A stretch of DNA of 64,000 nucleotides from a virus (IMGVR_UViG_3300037483_000286:1220-65219); one strand, 5' to 3'; positions 54,013-62,968 are shown, counted from the stretch's first letter. A program made the numbers and translations. The notes: generated by a model from the sequence alone, not told the origin.

Positions 54013-55013
54013 GGAGCAACTCCAGCTGGCACATTTTTAATCTTTTTCTTTCGTCGGCAACCACAACTGATAGTTGGATCAGTTTTCCTTCGTAAGGATG
54101 TGCCAGCAACGTCCCACACAGTGCCACAATCGCATCGGCACTCCCAATAGGTACATCTTTTATTAGTGTGGTTAACAGACTCGCGAAGCACAACTAAGTG
54201 ACCAAATCTCTGCCCTTTAATATCCTTCTTAACAGCTAAAACGCGCATTTCAGCCCCTAAACATCCACAGCTCTTTGTGTGCCCGCTCATATATTGATCT
54301 GCCGGAATAGTCGTCTGATTCCCGCACGCACATGAGCAATTTATCATTCTGCCCCTAGTTTTCTTATTGATGCCAGCTTCACTAAGGTAAGTAAGATAAC
54401 CAGCTGAAGATCCTTTTAAATCATGCTTCCTACTATCAATCGCTTCCTTACGCAAGCAACCACATGAAAGTGTATGTTTATAACGCAGGTTACCTGACGT
54501 ACATAAAGATTCATTACCACAGTCGCATTTACAGATCCACAGCGGATAGTTTGTTGGATCGCGCTTATCAGATAAACCAATGACCAACAAACGACCGAAC
54601 TTTTGTCCTGTCAAGTCAGTGCGTGGACCGGGGCGCTTACCCTTTTGCGCCTCTGCCATATTACGTCGCTTCTGGCATCCACAGTGTGTACTCACGCCTA
54701 GTTTAAGTCGCCATCCCTTGACGATTTTTATTCGAGAACAACTACATCGGCATTCATAAGTCTGTTCGTTATAACCACCCGGTTGAAACAAACGAAGAAC
54801 TCTCCACTCTCCAATCTGTTGTCCTGTAATATCCATTGCTGCCTTCTTAGCAGCTCTCGGAGCATACCACTGCTTAGACTCTTCAAGGTCATACAGATCA
54901 AAATGACCATTTCTTCCCTTTGGTTTTGGACCATCTTTTTTAAGCAGGTTCCACAACGCACTGGGTTTTAATCCGAGTGCTGCTGCAAGTTGCTTACGAG
55001 TTACAAGATTCAT
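54000..55013 (-). CDS. HTH protein with four tandem Cys-rich (CxCxCG...SCGC) domains
   Basis: N-terminal TRKQLAAALGL wHTH; four D(I/L).G..FG.L.V...W.C.C.CG...SCGC repeats; AT-richer DNA. Confidence 0.8.
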   Translation of the reverse strand: MNLVTRKQLAAALGLKPSALWNLLKKDGPKPKGRNGHFDLYDLEESKQWYAPRAAKKAAMDITGQQIGEWRVLRLFQPGGYNEQTYECRCSCSRIKIVKGWRLKLGVSTHCGCQKRRNMAEAQKGKRPGPRTDLTGQKFGRLLVIGLSDKRDPTNYPLWICKCDCGNESLCTSGNLRYKHTLSCGCLRKEAIDSRKHDLKGSSAGYLTYLSEAGINKKTRGRMINCSCACGNQTTIPADQYMSGHTKSCGCLGAEMRVLAVKKDIKGQRFGHLVVLRESVNHTNKRCTYWECRCDCGTVWDVAGTSLRRKTDPTISCGCRRKKKIKNVPAGVAPWSV

Positions 55014-55285
55014 ACGTCCTTCAGGATCGTGACACCCACCTCCGCACGGGACACACGATGCAGTGTAGGTTCTGCCTTCGTAGTGATATGGGGCTTCAGC
55101 AGCTCACGCGCTTCCTGCTCATCATTCGCAACAATGAGCGCGACGTCATGCGCCTCAGCGCAAAAGTCTTTCGAATAGTAGACCTTTTTCATATCAGTAC
55201 CTGTACTCCAGCACGCCATCAGGGGCAGTCGTAAACGCTTCCTTTGGAAAGTGGATACCGTCGCCGTTATCCAGTCTGATTTCAA
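55010..55285 (-). CDS. hypothetical protein (start probably internal, MKKVYY)
   Basis: tiles the operon. Confidence 0.45.
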   Translation of the reverse strand: MKSDWITATVSTFQRKRLRLPLMACWSTGTDMKKVYYSKDFCAEAHDVALIVANDEQEARELLKPHITTKAEPTLHRVSRAEVGVTILKDV

Positions 55286-55634
55286 GATACACCCTGTCCT
55301 TGTAATCAGTGTCGCCCTTAGGCTTCACATACTCGCGCAGGACAACACCTTCGTCAACCTTATGATCCTCTGCCATACACCCATGCGTCTCAATCCAACG
55401 GATCTTCTGCCTCTTGCGTTCCCAAAACTTCTTCACGTTCGCGAAGTGTCCAGGCGGCATGTCCCTGCATGCAGCGCCTGAAGCGATCACAGAGATCCCT
55501 TGGTCGTCCCAGCAGTCCAGAGCACACTCACCGCGCCACATGCCTTCCTTGACAAGGTATGCCCAGCGGTCCATGCGTGCGCAGATGACTGGCAGGGACA
55601 ATCCGATTCGCATGCGTCGGATGAACTGTTTCAT
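55194..55634 (-). CDS. hypothetical protein
   Basis: 146 aa, ATGA-coupled. Confidence 0.6.
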   Translation of the reverse strand: MKQFIRRMRIGLSLPVICARMDRWAYLVKEGMWRGECALDCWDDQGISVIASGAACRDMPPGHFANVKKFWERKRQKIRWIETHGCMAEDHKVDEGVVLREYVKPKGDTDYKDRVYLEIRLDNGDGIHFPKEAFTTAPDGVLEYRY

Positions 55635-55819
55635 AGCTTCACATACCTTCCGTCACAGACTAAGCGTAACCACAGGTGCGGAACCGCGTTCGGGTGCTCG
55701 TAGTATACGCGTCCGCAGTGCCTACACAAGACGTCGCCGTTTGCCCGATACCATTCAGGGATAGGCACTAGACGAGCAGCACGTTCGCACATTTCACGTT
55801 CGAATTCTCGGAGGAACAT
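55631..55819 (-). CDS. small Zn-ribbon protein
   Basis: LCRHCG...H...LVCDG. Confidence 0.6.
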   Translation of the reverse strand: MFLREFEREMCERAARLVPIPEWYRANGDVLCRHCGRVYYEHPNAVPHLWLRLVCDGRYVKL

Positions 55820-56022
55820 TAGACAGTGTAGAGCAGCTTTTTAGAAGCTCCCTCCATGCCAGGCTGTTTCAGTTCCAATGCAACCTCCTCGGCGTCCAAC
55901 TGCATCGCGTCGCTTTCATCCGGGCTAAACTCAGCTACTCCATTGATCAGTTCGCCAGTCATGAAGTGTCCCTGAGCATTTACGATCGCCCACACTTCAA
56001 GTGGCTTACGTTGACGGCTCAT
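55819..56022 (-). CDS. hypothetical protein
   Basis: 67 aa, coupled at both ends. Confidence 0.55.
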   Translation of the reverse strand: MSRQRKPLEVWAIVNAQGHFMTGELINGVAEFSPDESDAMQLDAEEVALELKQPGMEGASKKLLYTV

Positions 56023-56810
56023 TTCACCTGCCTATGCAACGACACCTTAGAACCGTACTCCGCACCTGCACGATGCGCGTGAGCCTTGCGCAAGTCAATC
56101 TTCTGTGTATGTCCGTCACTCAACTTGACGTTAAGGGCCTCCAAGTAACCCTTGTTCGCTTCCTCTTCCTTCTTGTAGAGGTTCGCAACGACGAGCGCAG
56201 TGCTGGCACCCTGCAGAAGTGCAGGCGACTCCACGTCCGCAGCCTCAGGCTGAATACCTTTCTGTTCGGACTCCTGCTGGATGGCGTGACAGCGCATGCG
56301 TATCTTCGCAGCCGCACCCTGAGCGAAGGCGCGATAATCACCGTAGCGGCCTCCAATATCACGCTGGTACTTTTGAGCCTCCTTGTTCACAGCCTCCACA
56401 ACGAAACGCGCCATCTCGTGCGCTGTCACAACATTGGAATGACGTCCAATGAAGTTATGCATCGCTTTCTGGGTAGGGCCCGCATTTCCGCCCATCGTCT
56501 GATAGTAGTAATGGCAGAAATACATCCGACCGATAGCTGCAGCAATCTGGATGGCCCAAGGCTTACCCAGGAAAGGCTGCGCCAGGCGTTCCCGTGCTTC
56601 TTCTGCAGCTTCGCCTTCACCCACCTGAGAAAGGCTAAGATTGTACTTCGCTAGCGTGGAGTGGACCATGCGAAGCGCATTATCACGTTCGCCCTCTGTC
56701 GCACCTGCATCCTGGGCAAGGCGCATCATCTTGCGAACGCGGCGAAGGATCTTGGCTTGAATCTCGTCTTTGCTCATCTCTACTTGCTCCTGTAGTCGAT
56801 GAGGCAACAT
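56019..56810 (-). CDS. DUF2786 domain protein
   Basis: KIL.RVRKMMRLA....ATEGER.NA.......L.KYNL. Confidence 0.85.
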   Translation of the reverse strand: MLPHRLQEQVEMSKDEIQAKILRRVRKMMRLAQDAGATEGERDNALRMVHSTLAKYNLSLSQVGEGEAAEEARERLAQPFLGKPWAIQIAAAIGRMYFCHYYYQTMGGNAGPTQKAMHNFIGRHSNVVTAHEMARFVVEAVNKEAQKYQRDIGGRYGDYRAFAQGAAAKIRMRCHAIQQESEQKGIQPEAADVESPALLQGASTALVVANLYKKEEEANKGYLEALNVKLSDGHTQKIDLRKAHAHRAGAEYGSKVSLHRQVK

Positions 56811-56986
56811 TACCCGCGACGTTTGAACAAGTCAACACGAATCAGGAAAATAAGCAGGACGAGCCAGAAGACAGCTAGCCAGGGTCCATATTCTGTTCCA
56901 AGCCAATAGAATGCAGTGAAAGGGCCGAGGTAGGCCCAGATCACAATGATCAGGAGTTGAAGGCCTGATGCTAATTTATTATTCAT
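56810..56986 (-). CDS. small two-TM membrane protein
   Basis: start moved to ATG 56986; two hydrophobic helices. Confidence 0.6.
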   Translation of the reverse strand: MNNKLASGLQLLIIVIWAYLGPFTAFYWLGTEYGPWLAVFWLVLLIFLIRVDLFKRRG

Positions 56987-56990
56987 GTGA

Positions 56991-57646
56991 TAAAACGGCC
57001 CGGTGCGTGATGCGCAGGTACGTGGCGGAGGGAGCGCCTGCGGACAAAACGACACCGGGCCATAGTGAAGCGGCCTGCAGCACGTCGGGGACTAACCGCC
57101 GACATGGTTCATAACGCCAGGCCGAGATGTGCGCAAGCCGCTTCACTATAGCAAGCCCATTGAGAGGGGTGATTCTCTAGCACAGTGCGAACCACCGAAC
57201 GTATGTGCATACGTCCTATACTGTATATGTCTTGGATCGTTCCGAAGAACGACGTTAAGCTCAGTCAGTCGACCCCTCTCAATGGACTCGAAAAATCAAG
57301 GAACTCTCGACAGGCGCCGACTCATTGCAGGCGCTTTAATCGGATTCTTACCGAACCTGTCCACGGCCTTTGTCCGTGGTTCCTGCGCGTCGCTAGGACC
57401 AGCCCAGCTTCGCATCCTGATGCAGTCCACTTCGGCGCAAGCGCCTATCGCTTCCTACATCGCATCAATCAACCTCCGACTAGCAGCGAAGGTGCGACTC
57501 CGCTTGCCTAAACCCTCGCTGGTCGCACCCAACGTCGTCTAGGGCTTCCGCTCATTAAAGCGGTTTGGACCCGAGGCGGTCAGCTGGGCGTTTCCGACCG
57601 ACCGGGTCCTCTGTGATGCGGCGATATTAACCCCTCGCCGCAGGAT
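56991..57646 (-). ncRNA. candidate large structured ncRNA (about 650 nt)
   Basis: promoter upstream; at least 11 stems up to 14 bp; UUCG and CUUG tetraloops on the minus strand; no credible same-strand ORF. Confidence 0.6.
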
Positions 57647-57652
57647 GGACAA

Positions 57653-57681
57653 AGCATAGCGCGTGGAGCTGCATATCACAA
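57653..57681 (-). promoter_or_regulatory. sigma70 promoter TTGTGA-17-TATGCT
   Basis: hexamers at 57676-57681 and 57653-57658; points into the structured region. Confidence 0.6.
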
Positions 57682-57891
57682 GGGGCCGTAACACAAATCC
57701 ACCCACTCACGATCCTCTTCTGCAGTCATCAGCATTTCCCCTTCGGGAACTGCATTAACGATGCCCATGAACTTCGCACCGTCCCCACGTTGCTTACAGA
57801 ACTCAACATGGACTTGGATTTCTGCCTCAGTTGCAAAAGGGCCAACATATCCGTCAGCGAGATCCTGGAAATGTGCATAAATCATTTGCAT
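57676..57891 (-). CDS. hypothetical protein
   Basis: GGAG RBS; 71 aa. Confidence 0.65.
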   Translation of the reverse strand: MQMIYAHFQDLADGYVGPFATEAEIQVHVEFCKQRGDGAKFMGIVNAVPEGEMLMTAEEDREWVDLCYGPL

Positions 57892-58079
57892 GCTCCATTC
57901 AAGTAGCCAACAACGTCGAACGCGTGCTTGTGCGTTACGCCAGTCTTACCCTGCTTCGCATCGCGGTTCCAGAAAGCCAGGATCTCGCGGTCGCTGTAAC
58001 CCTTATCACTAAGGTAGCTGTAATCCGAGACAGTGAAGTTCGGGTGGCGGATCACTCGGCTATGCATCTGGGGCGACAT
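57882..58079 (-). CDS. hypothetical protein, first gene after cassette D
   Basis: start moved to ATG 58079 (TAAGGAG). Confidence 0.7.
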   Translation of the reverse strand: MSPQMHSRVIRHPNFTVSDYSYLSDKGYSDREILAFWNRDAKQGKTGVTHKHAFDVVGYLNGACK

Positions 58080-58104
58080 CTGTATCTCCTTACTTAGTGA
58101 AGCT

Positions 58105-58157
58105 AGTATCACTGAACCCGCTGCACAAGGCAAGTATTAGTTCACAGTTTTAGCAGC
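58105..58157 (-). promoter_or_regulatory. early promoter cassette D
   Basis: GCTGCTAAAACTGTGAACTAA-TAC-TTGCCT-17-GATACT. Confidence 0.7.
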
Positions 58158-58545
58158 GCCCGATATAACAGAATAACCACAGGCTGCGACTGGGCATACT
58201 CCCGGAAGAACGTCCAGCTGCAGGGATACCCTTACTCCCTACAAATGCTGTTCTACTGGGGATACTACGTAATTTATTGCTATTATTAGTAGTACGTCAA
58301 CTAATTCGTAAAATGACTAGAACTGTTGCTCCATATAGGGTCTATATACATAAATTAGTAAATTAGTACATTATTACAGTAGTTACCCTGGAGCTTGGGG
58401 GTAGTAGTAGTCCCAACAAAATATTTCGTAGAGACTACTCGGGGAGGGCTAGGGGCTGTTAAGCGTTAAAGCGCTAATTTGCTAACTGCAAAGTATCCCT
58501 GGCAAAAATATTTTAATTGTTGTAATACTACCCCTCCCACAATAA
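58158..58545. other. AT-rich divergent intergenic region, candidate replication origin
   Basis: ORF-free; short direct and inverted repeats (GGGATAC, GGGGTAGTA, AAAATATTT, AAATTAGT); two genes upstream of the primase. Confidence 0.45.
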
Positions 58546-59106
58546 ATGAGTATCATGCTAATGGAAATCCCACCCGAACCTCCTATCCTACCTGAAGGTG
58601 AATCGCATTCACTTCCTGCTTCATTCTTTGCAGATACTGCCACTCCTCCACCCATCAACTACGAAACGCCTCATCCCGCTTACATGCAGCTCATCGACAC
58701 TGTGTATAAAAAGGACAAAGGTCTGATCTTACATTGGTGGCCCCTGATATACGGTAAGCCAAGTGAGTTCGTAACGGACAAGCCGATCGCCTGCCATCCT
58801 TCCCACGTCCTTGCGCACGCTAAGGGAATGAAAGCGCAAGGCTACATGGCTCCTGTTCCACTTAACCCTGTGGTTAATCTGGATCCGTTCGCGGAAGCGC
58901 ATTCGGTTTGGATGCGCGAGTGCAATCTGCGTAAGAAATGGGTTGAAGAAAAGAAAGAAGTCTGGAAACGACGCAGGCAGGAGCGGGCTGATTGGCTGGA
59001 GAGCATGCGACTGATAGAGAAGCAGTGGGACATTTACGTGGAGGAGGCGCGTAAAGAATTTAAGGATGCTGAGGCTTACCCTGTTCCAATACGTCCTGTG
59101 AAATAA
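58546..59106 (+). CDS. hypothetical protein
   Basis: 186 aa; Pro-rich N-terminus, charged Trp-rich helix. Confidence 0.6.
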   Translation: MSIMLMEIPPEPPILPEGESHSLPASFFADTATPPPINYETPHPAYMQLIDTVYKKDKGLILHWWPLIYGKPSEFVTDKPIACHPSHVLAHAKGMKAQGYMAPVPLNPVVNLDPFAEAHSVWMRECNLRKKWVEEKKEVWKRRRQERADWLESMRLIEKQWDIYVEEARKEFKDAEAYPVPIRPVK

Positions 59107-59181
59107 TGCTGTTAAGTGATCACTTGCGATTGTAAAGCGGGCGCATATAAAATGCTTGCTCGTCCTAAGCAGTCGCATACA

Positions 59182-59418
59182 ATGACAAAATCAGACGCAC
59201 AAGCCAAGTTCGACGCTGAGTACATATCCGGGTCGGAGATAAGACGACGATTGAAGGTCGCGTCCTGTACGCTTACGTTAGCGCGCCAGCGAGGCGTATT
59301 GCCGGAACCCATACAAGTGGGCGAAGCAATGTATGTGTGGGTTAGGAGTGAGGTGGAGCCGTTACTTATCGCATGGAGCGCCGCTTTGAAATTACGTCGC
59401 CGCGAGTTGCACGCATGA
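59182..59418 (+). CDS. AlpA/excisionase-like HTH protein
   Basis: YIS..EI.RRL.V...TL...R..G.LP.PI......VW.R.EV; start uncertain. Confidence 0.65.
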   Translation: MTKSDAQAKFDAEYISGSEIRRRLKVASCTLTLARQRGVLPEPIQVGEAMYVWVRSEVEPLLIAWSAALKLRRRELHA

Positions 59419-61826
59419 CCTCGGCGGCATGGAGCCGCTTGCCAGCTGAACTTCGGGGACGGGCACAATGGGTCATCGCTGGACCTGATAAAAAGCCTCT
59501 CTCGGTTAATCAAGCTGGGCAGTTCTACGGCGCAAGTAGCGTCGATCCTTCACACTGGCTGTCCTTCGACGCCGCTGCCTACTATGCGGAGCGGGCAGGA
59601 CTTGGCATCGGCTTCATGCTCAGTGCGGACGATCCCTTCGCCTGCATCGACTTCGACATCTGCGACGAGGCCTCGCAGAAGCGTAAAGGCCAACCGATAG
59701 ACGAATCCAAGTGGACGACACAAGCACAGTGGGAATGGTTCTGGTTTGTTGCACAGAACTTCGACAGTTATACCGAAGTGTCTATGTGGGGCAAGGGCCT
59801 ACATATATGGGTGCGCGGCAAGCTGCCTGGAGTGGGCAAGGGCGTTCACAGTGGATCCATCGAACTGTATTGCCAGGAACGATATATCATATGCACAGGG
59901 AATGTGTTAATCGACAAGGAAATACGTGATCGCCAGGATTGGCTACAGGACATGGCGAAGCGTTTGGATGGTGATTCAGGCAAGGACAGTACATTCCAAT
60001 TAGTTGAACGCAATGCGGTGATGGAGGATCGCGCGATCTATGACATGGCATCGCGTGCGGACAACCGATTCAACTTCAACGAGCTGTGGGCAGGACGTTG
60101 GCATCAGTTCGGGCATCCTAGCCAGTCTGAAGCAGACATGGCGCTCATGTCGATGCTGACATTCTATACGAAGTCTAACGAGCAATGCCGACGCCTGTTC
60201 CGAATGAGCGCGCTAGGACAGCGGGAAAAAGCACAGAAGAATGATCGCTATTTGAATTTCACACTGTCCGCGATACGTGCAAGGGAACAACGCGAACAGA
60301 TCATCGATGTGTCGGGTATAGAGAAGGCTGCTAGACAGCTCGAGCAGTTGCAGCGGGAAAAGGCGAACGCTGTAGGGACTCCTATGCACGTTCCCGAGCT
60401 CGCCGTGGGGCAAGCCCAGCTAGCCAGTGTGTCCGTTGCGCTCTCCGTAGCAGCTCCTGTAGCGCCCAGCGTTGCGAAAGCTGCTGAGGACGGACTGCCT
60501 TGGCCCCCAGGCTTCGCGGGCGCCATTGCGCAATTTATCTTTAGCAGTGCGCCTAGGCCTGTTAAGGAGGTCGCGATCGTTGGAGCCTTAGGACTGCTCG
60601 CAGGGATATGCGGAAAGACTTGGTATATTCCAGGGAGCGGACTCAACCTGTATGTGATATTGGTTGCAAGGTCTGCAATCGGCAAGGAGGCTATGCATTC
60701 CGGCATCAGTGCGCTGGTAAACGCTGCTACTATGTGTGAACCCTCTACACATCAATTCGTGAACTTTACAGACTTCGCCTCAGGTCCTGCGCTGGTAAAG
60801 GCTTGTGCGACGCAAAGTAGCTTCGTACAGGTCGCAGGCGAATGGGGCCAGAAGCTGCGACGATTATCTAACGACACTGGGAATGACACTGCAATGGCCA
60901 CACTCCGGGCCAAAATGACTGACCTCTATCAAAAGTCGGGCCCACAGTCCATCGTAGGAGGCATCAACTATTCGCAAGCGGAAGGAAACATCGCAAGCAT
61001 TAGTGGAGTCGCTTATTCAATGATAGGCGAGACAACGCCGAAGACATTCTACAGCTCGTTGACAGAGACAATGATGGAGGATGGGTTCCTATCACGTTTC
61101 ACTATTGTGGAATACACAGGAACACGACCTCCGCTTAATCCCGATCCGCAGCCTGTACCTAATAAGTGGCTCGCAGACGCGGTGGGCGCGTTAGCCAAAC
61201 AGGCGCTGGGAATCAACCGCATCCCTGTAGCTTGTGCTCCTGAAGCATCTGTCCATGTGCAAGCATTCGAGAAGGAATGTGACGCGGAGATCAATAGCAC
61301 GACAGACGAATCCTGGCGTCAAATGTGGAATCGTGCTTCGTTGAAGGTAATGCGCGTCGCTGCGCTCCTAGCAGTAGCGGACCACGCGACCCATCCTTGT
61401 GTGCTCGAACAGCATGTAGTGTGGGCATTAGACCTTATACGCCGCGACATAGCGATCATGAAGGCACGCTTGGAAGCAGGTGAAATCGGAAGCGACGACA
61501 CTTCGCGTGAACGCAAGGCGCTGGCTGTCATTAAGGACTACTTTCAACGCGACGTTGCAGACGGATATGAAGTGCCTAAAGAGATGCGAGCTCGAGGAAT
61601 CATTCCGCACAAGATTATTCAAATACGTTGCCAGCGAACGCCTGCATTCGTAGCGCATAGAGCAGGCAGCTCCGAAGCAGTTAAGCAAGTCATGAAAACA
61701 CTGGTGGAGAACGGGCATCTTATGGACGTGGCAAAGGACCAGATGGTGAAAGAATTTGATTTCCATGGCAAGTGCTATCGCCTGCTGAACTTGCCGGACT
61801 TCGATAAGGAACGCAAGCGCGCATAA
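59415..61826 (+). CDS. primase-polymerase (NrS-1-like) with DUF3987-type ATPase/helicase region
   Basis: QWV, GIGF.L...DPF.CID.D, YTE.S..GKGLH, IE.Y...RYI..TG, SQSEADMAL; ARSAIGKE; start at ATG 59415. Confidence 0.85.
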   Translation: MTSAAWSRLPAELRGRAQWVIAGPDKKPLSVNQAGQFYGASSVDPSHWLSFDAAAYYAERAGLGIGFMLSADDPFACIDFDICDEASQKRKGQPIDESKWTTQAQWEWFWFVAQNFDSYTEVSMWGKGLHIWVRGKLPGVGKGVHSGSIELYCQERYIICTGNVLIDKEIRDRQDWLQDMAKRLDGDSGKDSTFQLVERNAVMEDRAIYDMASRADNRFNFNELWAGRWHQFGHPSQSEADMALMSMLTFYTKSNEQCRRLFRMSALGQREKAQKNDRYLNFTLSAIRAREQREQIIDVSGIEKAARQLEQLQREKANAVGTPMHVPELAVGQAQLASVSVALSVAAPVAPSVAKAAEDGLPWPPGFAGAIAQFIFSSAPRPVKEVAIVGALGLLAGICGKTWYIPGSGLNLYVILVARSAIGKEAMHSGISALVNAATMCEPSTHQFVNFTDFASGPALVKACATQSSFVQVAGEWGQKLRRLSNDTGNDTAMATLRAKMTDLYQKSGPQSIVGGINYSQAEGNIASISGVAYSMIGETTPKTFYSSLTETMMEDGFLSRFTIVEYTGTRPPLNPDPQPVPNKWLADAVGALAKQALGINRIPVACAPEASVHVQAFEKECDAEINSTTDESWRQMWNRASLKVMRVAALLAVADHATHPCVLEQHVVWALDLIRRDIAIMKARLEAGEIGSDDTSRERKALAVIKDYFQRDVADGYEVPKEMRARGIIPHKIIQIRCQRTPAFVAHRAGSSEAVKQVMKTLVENGHLMDVAKDQMVKEFDFHGKCYRLLNLPDFDKERKRA

Positions 61827-61831
61827 ATCAT

Positions 61832-61860
61832 TTGCATTCGTAATTGGCTTAATACATAGT
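61832..61860 (+). promoter_or_regulatory. sigma70 promoter candidate TTGCAT-17-CATAGT
   Basis: hexamers upstream of TAAGGAG and the MazG ATG. Confidence 0.55.
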
Positions 61861-61883
61861 TAGTCCACAGTTAAGGAGCAGGC

Positions 61884-62456
61884 ATGGCAAACTTCAAAGT
61901 AACACTCCCGGAAGACTACCGCAAGAGCCTGGTGCAAGACATCATTGAGATCAAGGAGCGGCAAGCTCAAGTCGGTGGACTCCCGGAGTACGAACAGTTC
62001 GTGTGGAACCTTGCCAAAGGTATGGCCACACCTGCAGAGGAACTGCATCACGCCACGACAGGCATGACCGGAGAGGCAGCAGAAGCGCTCGACATCTCCA
62101 AGAAGGTTTGGATCTATAACAAGCCGCTGGACGTCGTGCATCTGATGGAAGAACTCGGCGACCTCCGCTTCTACTACCAAGCCTGTTTGAATCTTCTACA
62201 GATCACAGACGAAACTGTGGTCGCACAGAACATGAAGAAACTGTCTGTTCGCTACGCTGACGGCAAGTATAGCGACACGCAGGCGCAGGCTCGCGCTGAC
62301 AAAGTTCCGCCCCTGTCTGGACATGGGCACAAGGGAGCGGGTAGCGTGGAGCCACGCAAGTTCATGGGACAACCTCCACCCACCACTGTCGATCAACAAT
62401 TCGAAACAGTACGCGACGAGTCGTTGCGTCAGCTTCGTAAGGATGAACAGTCATGA
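61884..62456 (+). CDS. MazG-like nucleotide pyrophosphohydrolase
   Basis: LHHA..G..GEAAE.LD..KK, EELGDL.FY, N..KL..RY. Confidence 0.88.
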   Translation: MANFKVTLPEDYRKSLVQDIIEIKERQAQVGGLPEYEQFVWNLAKGMATPAEELHHATTGMTGEAAEALDISKKVWIYNKPLDVVHLMEELGDLRFYYQACLNLLQITDETVVAQNMKKLSVRYADGKYSDTQAQARADKVPPLSGHGHKGAGSVEPRKFMGQPPPTTVDQQFETVRDESLRQLRKDEQS

Positions 62457-62968
62457 GCCAAGCAGAAAATGCACTCAGCAAGCTCGAGCGTCTGCCTGTT
62501 TTGATTGTAGCAGGCACTCGAGCGATAGCCAAGGAACTGGCGGACGGGCATGGATTGGAGGCGAACCAATGGCTGTACGTTGACAGCGCCTCCAAGGTGA
62601 ACGCGTTCAAAGCCGTTGAGATCATGTTCGGCAGATACGCGGAGAAGCTGCCTGACATAGTTGCTATCGTAGCAGCCTCCAAGAAGCATCAACACGAGGT
62701 CATGTTCGGTGACTATCCGAAATTGGCAGAAGCGCCTCCCTCCGACCCACCTGTCCCACCAGCGCCACCACCTGCGCCACCTGCAGAACGAAAGGATATG
62801 CGCAGGAAAGAAAACAAGGCGCCGCGCAAGGGAGACGAGATCAAGGAGATCCTCGGCGAAATCGCTTCAATCGAAGGCAAGTACGAAGCGCTCCTGAGGA
62901 AATTGATCATCGTCGCAGAACGCAAGCTGGCTGTCTTGGGTGAACTGAAGGACGCCGAAGAAGAGTAA
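62453..62968 (+). CDS. hypothetical protein with a Pro-rich linker and coiled coil
   Basis: ATGA-coupled to MazG. Confidence 0.65.
   Translation: MSQAENALSKLERLPVLIVAGTRAIAKELADGHGLEANQWLYVDSASKVNAFKAVEIMFGRYAEKLPDIVAIVAASKKHQHEVMFGDYPKLAEAPPSDPPVPPAPPPAPPAERKDMRRKENKAPRKGDEIKEILGEIASIEGKYEALLRKLIIVAERKLAVLGELKDAEEE

Noticed and set aside
54000-55013. Possible HNH homing endonuclease
   Set aside because: No HNH, GIY-YIG or AP2 motif visible; only wHTH and Cys repeats
57129-57542. Plus-strand ORFs of 137 and 108 aa across the structured region
   Set aside because: Antisense to all neighbours, no RBS, non-protein-like composition; tetraloops and promoter favour a minus-strand RNA
59182-59418. 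Excisionase-like HTH suggesting a temperate lifestyle
   Set aside because: No integrase, att site or CI-like repressor in the window; such HTH genes commonly precede primases
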